DNA of 64,000 nt from Bauldia sp. (GTDB lineage: Bacteria > Pseudomonadota > Alphaproteobacteria > Rhizobiales > Kaistiaceae). The stretch lies in contig JBBCGQ010000001.1 of assembly GCA_037200845.1 (NCBI GenBank), positions 2,304,237 to 2,368,236 of the forward strand, in the 5' to 3' direction. The position numbers and the translations under genes are program-made. How positions within the stretch are numbered: the first letter of the stretch is position 1; each line of letters opens with the position of its first letter. Below, piece by piece: positions 60,051-64,000 of this stretch. The notes below the pieces were generated by a model. The model was not told where the DNA came from, made no database searches, and worked only from the letters and a program-made list of their open reading frames with translations.

Positions 60051-60374
60051 TCAGGCTTCGGTCTGGATCTGGCTGATGGCGGTCTGCATCAGGTCGTCCA
60101 TCGTGCGGCGGATCTGATGGTCGGACTGCTGGACGCCGGCGGCGTCGAAGTCGCGGCGGATCTTGCCGAACACGTCGCTGTCGCCCGCTTTCTCGAAATC
60201 GGAGGCGATGACTTCCTTGGCGTAGGCGTCGGCCGCCGCGCCGGTCTTGCCGAGCAGGCCGGCGGCCCACAGCCCGAGCAGCTTGTTGCGCCGCGCCTCG
60301 GCCTTGAACTGCAGCTCGGCGTCATGCGCGAACTTGCCCTCGAAGGCGTCCTTGCGCTTGTCGAACGTCGTCAT
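60051..60374 (-). CDS. DUF1476 protein (alphaproteobacterial F1-ATPase inhibitor zeta-subunit family)
   Basis: [38 protein letters not shown] matches the DUF1476/zeta family N-terminus. Confidence 0.8.
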   Translation of the reverse strand: MTTFDKRKDAFEGKFAHDAELQFKAEARRNKLLGLWAAGLLGKTGAAADAYAKEVIASDFEKAGDSDVFGKIRRDFDAAGVQQSDHQIRRTMDDLMQTAISQIQTEA

Positions 60375-60653
60375 GAATCGGCTCCCTTGGCCGGCGGGCG
60401 TCGTAAAAGAGGTGGCCTTGCATATCGCCTGGGCAAACCTAAATCAACGCTCGTAAAGCCTTGTGTTTTCTGCCGGTTTCCCGGGCATTTTGCGGCGCAC
60501 GCGCCGCATTGTACTTGGTGGATCGATCGAATAGGGTCCGCCCCGTGGCGGCAGGCTCACGCGCCACATGAGTCGGCGGATGACCATGTCGCGACCACAT
60601 TCAGACACCGGAACCCCGACCGAATGGACTTTCTCAAACCGCGGTATGTGCCC

Positions 60654-61418
60654 ATGAAGAACCGCCGGCGCATCTATGAGGGCAAGGGCAAGATCCTTTT
60701 CGAGGGTCCCGAGCCCGGCACGCTCGTCCAGTTTTTCAAGGACGACGCCACGGCCTTCAACAAGAAGAAGCACGAGATCGTCGACGGCAAGGGCGTGCTC
60801 AACAACCGCATCAGCGAACACATCTTCAACCATCTGAACAAGATGGGCATCCCGACGCATTTCATCCGCCGCCTCAACATGCGCGAGCAGCTGATCCGCG
60901 AAGTCGAGATCATTCCGCTCGAGGTCGTGGTCCGCAACATCGCCGCCGGGTCGCTCGCCAAGCGCCTCGGCCTCGAGGAAGGCACCGTGCTGCCGCGCTC
61001 GATCATCGAGTTCTATTACAAGAACGACGAGCTCGAGGACCCGATGGTTTCCGAGGAGCACATCACCGCCTTCGGCTGGGCGAGCCCGCAGGAGATCGAC
61101 GACGTCATGGCGCTCGCCATCCGCGTTAACGACTTCCTTTCCGGCCTCTTCCTCGGCGCCGGCATCCAGTTGGTCGACTTCAAGATCGAGTGCGGCCGCC
61201 TCTGGGAAGGCGACATGATGCGCATCGTCGTCGCCGACGAAATCTCGCCTGACTCATGCCGGCTCTGGGACATCCAGACCAAGGACAAGCTCGACAAGGA
61301 CCGCTTTCGCCGCGACATGGGCGGCCTCGTCGAGGCCTACCAGGAAGTCGCCCGCCGGCTCGGCATCCTGATCGAGCAGGAGCGGCCGAAGGGATCGGGC
61401 CCGGTCCTCGTCCAGTAG
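60654..61418 (+). CDS. purC: phosphoribosylaminoimidazole-succinocarboxamide synthase
   Basis: [33 protein letters not shown] ... only the last 254 codons of the 804-aa track ORF. Confidence 0.95.
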   Translation: MKNRRRIYEGKGKILFEGPEPGTLVQFFKDDATAFNKKKHEIVDGKGVLNNRISEHIFNHLNKMGIPTHFIRRLNMREQLIREVEIIPLEVVVRNIAAGSLAKRLGLEEGTVLPRSIIEFYYKNDELEDPMVSEEHITAFGWASPQEIDDVMALAIRVNDFLSGLFLGAGIQLVDFKIECGRLWEGDMMRIVVADEISPDSCRLWDIQTKDKLDKDRFRRDMGGLVEAYQEVARRLGILIEQERPKGSGPVLVQ

Positions 61419-61436
61419 GTTCGCATCGTTTATCTG

Positions 61437-61460
61437 ACGGCCGCCCACGGGCGGCCGTTT
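61437..61460 (+). terminator. hairpin between purC and purS (weak terminator/attenuator candidate)
   Basis: ACGGCCGCCC-ACG-GGGCGGCCGT followed only by TTCAG. Confidence 0.35.
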
Positions 61461-61476
61461 CAGTCTCGGGGGAAGC

Positions 61477-61716
61477 ATGAAGGCGCGAGTGACCGTCACG
61501 CTGAAGCAGGGCGTGCTCGACCCACAGGGCAAGGCCATCGAAGGCGCCCTCGCTTCCCTCGGCTTCGCCGGCGTGGCGAGCGTCCGCCAGGGCAAGGTTT
61601 TCGATATCGAGACCGGCGAGACCGACAGGGCGAAGGCGGAAGCCGCGCTGAAGGCGATGGCGGACAAGCTGCTGGCGAATACCGTGATCGAGAAGTACGA
61701 GATCGCGATAGTCTGA
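61477..61716 (+). CDS. purS: phosphoribosylformylglycinamidine synthase subunit PurS
   Basis: MKARVTVTLKQGVLDPQGKAIEGAL, 79 aa. Confidence 0.9.
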   Translation: MKARVTVTLKQGVLDPQGKAIEGALASLGFAGVASVRQGKVFDIETGETDRAKAEAALKAMADKLLANTVIEKYEIAIV

Positions 61717-61720
61717 CGCG

Positions 61721-62185
61721 ATGCGGTTGCTGTTCGCTCTCGCCGTTCTAGTCATCGCTGGTGTCGCGCATGCGGAGACGAAGTCCGTCCCGCTCGGCGC
61801 AGCGACAGTTCAATACGATGCCACGGTCTGGCGTGCCGAGGAACGATCGGGCATCGCCGCCCTCTCCTTCACCTGCGTCGCCGCCGATTGCCCGGATTTC
61901 GCTGCCGCCGACGTTACCGCAACAAAATCCGGCGCGACGTGTGAGCCTCTCAACGAGAGCGACGAGACCGCACTGGCCCTTCTGCCAGGCACGCCGCTGC
62001 CATTCACGGCCAAAGCCCGATGGAGTGGCTGCCGCGCGCAAGACACGCCAATACTGGCGGCCTGTGCCGAGAAAGACGGCGTCGTGTATCGGGTGGCCAG
62101 CGGCTTTGGCGGCGCCTGCAACTTCCTGCCGGGACTGCCCGAAGAACGGTTCCTCGATCTTCTCCACGGCATCAGTGCGGACTGA
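61721..62185 (+). CDS. secreted six-cysteine hypothetical protein inserted between purS and purQ
   Basis: Signal peptide MRLLFALAVLVIAGVAHA. Six Cys. Starts 4 nt after the purS stop. Third-position A/T is about 28% versus about 10% in neighbours. Confidence 0.65.
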   Translation: MRLLFALAVLVIAGVAHAETKSVPLGAATVQYDATVWRAEERSGIAALSFTCVAADCPDFAAADVTATKSGATCEPLNESDETALALLPGTPLPFTAKARWSGCRAQDTPILAACAEKDGVVYRVASGFGGACNFLPGLPEERFLDLLHGISAD

Positions 62186-62233
62186 ATTGAAATTCGGCAT
62201 GATCCGGCGGCCGGAATCGGCTAAAGCGTCCCC

Positions 62234-62893
62234 ATGAAATCGGCGGTCATTACCTTCCCCGGCTCCAATCGCGACCACGACATGTTGGTCGCGCTCGAAG
62301 CAGTGACCGGCGTCAAGCCCCTGTCGGTCTGGCACACCGAGACCGCGCTCCCCGCGCTCGACCTGATCGTGCTGCCGGGCGGCTTCTCCTACGGCGACTA
62401 CCTGCGCTCCGGCGCGATCGCGGCGCGCGCGCCGGTGATGCGGGCGGTCGCCGATGCGGCGGCGCGCGGCGTGCTCGTGCTGGGCGTCTGCAACGGCTTC
62501 CAGATTCTGTGCGAGGCGGGCCTGCTGCCGGGCGTGCTGATGCGGAACGCCAGCCTCCGCTTCGTCTGCCGCGAGGTGCAGCTGCGCATCGAGACAACGG
62601 CGAGCGCCTTCACGCGTGGCTACGCCAAGCGCCAGGCGATCCGCGCGCCGGTGGCGCACGGCGACGGCAACTATCGCTGCGATGACGAGACGCTCCGCCG
62701 CCTCAAGGGCGAGGACCGCGTCGCCTTCCGCTACGCCGACGGCGCCAACCCGAACGGGTCGCTCGACGACATCGCCGGCATCCTGAACGACAAGCGCAAC
62801 GTCTTGGGCCTGATGCCGCACCCGGAGAACCTGATCGAGCCGCTGCAGGGCGGCATCGACGGCCGCGCGCTGTTCGCCGGTCTCGCCGCGTGA
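62234..62893 (+). CDS. purQ: phosphoribosylformylglycinamidine synthase subunit PurQ
   Basis: [16 protein letters not shown] ... GVCNGFQIL ... LMPHPE. Confidence 0.95.
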   Translation: MKSAVITFPGSNRDHDMLVALEAVTGVKPLSVWHTETALPALDLIVLPGGFSYGDYLRSGAIAARAPVMRAVADAAARGVLVLGVCNGFQILCEAGLLPGVLMRNASLRFVCREVQLRIETTASAFTRGYAKRQAIRAPVAHGDGNYRCDDETLRRLKGEDRVAFRYADGANPNGSLDDIAGILNDKRNVLGLMPHPENLIEPLQGGIDGRALFAGLAA

Positions 62894-63246
62894 GATTTGT
62901 GATCGCCGCGGCGGCGCTGCTGCTGGCAGCGTCGGCGTCCGCACCCGCGGCGGTTCCCGAATCCGCCCACACGCTCGCGACCCATCTCGCCGGTGCGATG
63001 AAGAAATGCTGGTTCAGCGGCGACGCCGCCTTCGCGGCGTATCGGTACGTGCCGGAAATCAACATCGGTGCGCCACGCATTCTGCTGGTGTCGAAGAAAG
63101 AACCGAACGGTCGTCCGCTTCTGGTCGTCGAGCCGAAGCGCGCGGGAACCGCCGATGCATACGGTCCGCTGCTCGCCACCGCGCTGGCGCCACGCATCAA
63201 GGACGACCTCACGCGCTGGCTGAAGGGCGGCAGCGACTGCGGCTAG
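62890..63246 (+). CDS. secreted hypothetical protein translationally coupled to purQ
   Basis: GTG overlaps the purQ TGA (GTGA). Signal peptide (M)[19 protein letters not shown]. 118 aa, no domain recognised. Confidence 0.6.
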   Translation: MRFVIAAAALLLAASASAPAAVPESAHTLATHLAGAMKKCWFSGDAAFAAYRYVPEINIGAPRILLVSKKEPNGRPLLVVEPKRAGTADAYGPLLATALAPRIKDDLTRWLKGGSDCG

Positions 63247-64000
63247 GCCGGCACCAGCCAGCCGCGATAGCCGGCGACGCGGCCGACGACCGGCAGCACG
63301 ACATCGACGTGAAAATTGAACCGGCCGTCGGCGTCGTGCTCATAGACCGCGCCGGTCGGCAGCAGGAAGCGTGGCATCGGGATGCCGAAGAACGTCCACC
63401 GCCGCTGCACCAGATGTAGTTGTCCGTCCCGCACGACCATGGCTATGGCGAAGGCGATCGGGCCGAACCGCTCGACGATCAGGCCTTCGTTGCGGCCGGT
63501 GCCGCGATACTGAACGCTGCGGAAGGCGTGGCCGTCGAAATTCCGCGCCCAGATTTCGCACTCGCCTACGCGCGATAGCGTCACCGTCACGGGCCGATCG
63601 TCCGCGGCGGGCGGGAAGCCGACGATGCGGCCGATGAGCCGCGCGATCGGGTTGGCTGCCGGCTCGACCCTGGCGCGGCCTGACAGGACCAACGTGCCTG
63701 TAACGTCATGGGCGCGCTGAATCGGCGCGCTAAGCTGGTCGTAGGCAGCGCCTAGCATCTGCCGGTAGATCGGCAGCGCAGAGTCCGGCGCACCGTGATC
63801 GATCGCGGTGACGATGCCGCGCGCCGCGAAGCGGCGCTCGTAGTCGGCAAGGTCGATCTCCGGCCCGGCGGCACGTGCACCTGCGGCCGGCGGCTTACTA
63901 TCCAGGCACGCGCGGATGACGATCTCCGCCGCCATCGACGGGACGAGCGGCCCGGCGTCGCCCTCGGCCAGCATGTTCCAGCGTCGCGCCGCCGGCCACC
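63243..64000 (-). CDS. DUF4166-containing protein, 5'-truncated by window end
   Basis: C-terminal 200 aa resemble DUF4166 (RNFDGHAFRSVQ ... FGIPMPRFLLP). The frame stays open upstream of the track ATG to position 64000. Confidence 0.65.
   Translation of the reverse strand, partial: WPAARRWNMLAEGDAGPLVPSMAAEIVIRACLDSKPPAAGARAAGPEIDLADYERRFAARGIVTAIDHGAPDSALPIYRQMLGAAYDQLSAPIQRAHDVTGTLVLSGRARVEPAANPIARLIGRIVGFPPAADDRPVTVTLSRVGECEIWARNFDGHAFRSVQYRGTGRNEGLIVERFGPIAFAIAMVVRDGQLHLVQRRWTFFGIPMPRFLLPTGAVYEHDADGRFNFHVDVVLPVVGRVAGYRGWLVPA

Noticed and set aside
60426-60435. CGCCTGGGCA, reminiscent of the 3' half of the ZTP (pfl) riboswitch, in the purC upstream spacer
   Set aside because: I cannot find the 5' sub-domain (GGGTCGTGACTGGCG-like). 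The motif lies 220 nt from purC and only ~50 nt from the divergent gene start, so it is probably chance in GC-rich DNA. A covariance-model scan (RF01750) would settle it.
59004-60653. First ~550 codons of the 804-aa plus-strand ORF that ends as purC
   Set aside because: This part runs antisense through the porin, aldolase and DUF1476 genes. PurC homology begins only at [10 protein letters not shown] (60654).

Overview
High-GC (about two-thirds G+C by eye) alphaproteobacterial chromosome segment of Rhizobiales/Hyphomicrobiales type. It is mostly conserved housekeeping and transport genes, and I see no rRNA, CRISPR array, transposase or integrase. I call about 75 protein genes and one tRNA-Leu(UAA). 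Recognised genes include thrS, yidD, folE, hisI, cysE, rpsU, gpt, map, radC, sfsA, rpe, purB and purC-purS-purQ. There is also a livHMGF operon with two substrate-binding proteins, plus two MFS transporters, a PAS/GGDEF/EAL protein and tandem PQQ-type sugar dehydrogenases. Intergenic space holds at least three families of GC-rich palindromic REP/MITE-like repeats, which also generate many spurious ORFs in the six-frame track. Items most worth a second look: (1) a ~48% GC single-gene island (2632-3432) with an unrecognisable 266-aa ORF wedged between thrS and yidD. (2) A complete Anbu (proteasome-beta-like) neighbourhood with ATP-grasp, alpha-E and transglutaminase genes at 34.4-38.6 kb, a system whose function is still unresolved. 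(3) A GT21 glycosyltransferase plus LpxH/PlcP-like metallophosphoesterase operon preceded by 11-bp-phased Pho-box-like direct repeats, possibly phosphate-starvation lipid remodelling. (4) Two secreted ORFs of unknown function embedded in purS-purQ. (5) A PAS_5-PilZ-BTLCP (LapG-like) cluster. (6) Five single-base, homopolymer-associated frameshifts all within 4.0-13.8 kb (DUF302, folE, PilZ, gamma-CA-like, small membrane protein) and none found elsewhere, which suggests local assembly error rather than decay. All homology calls come from reading the translations. No database search was run.
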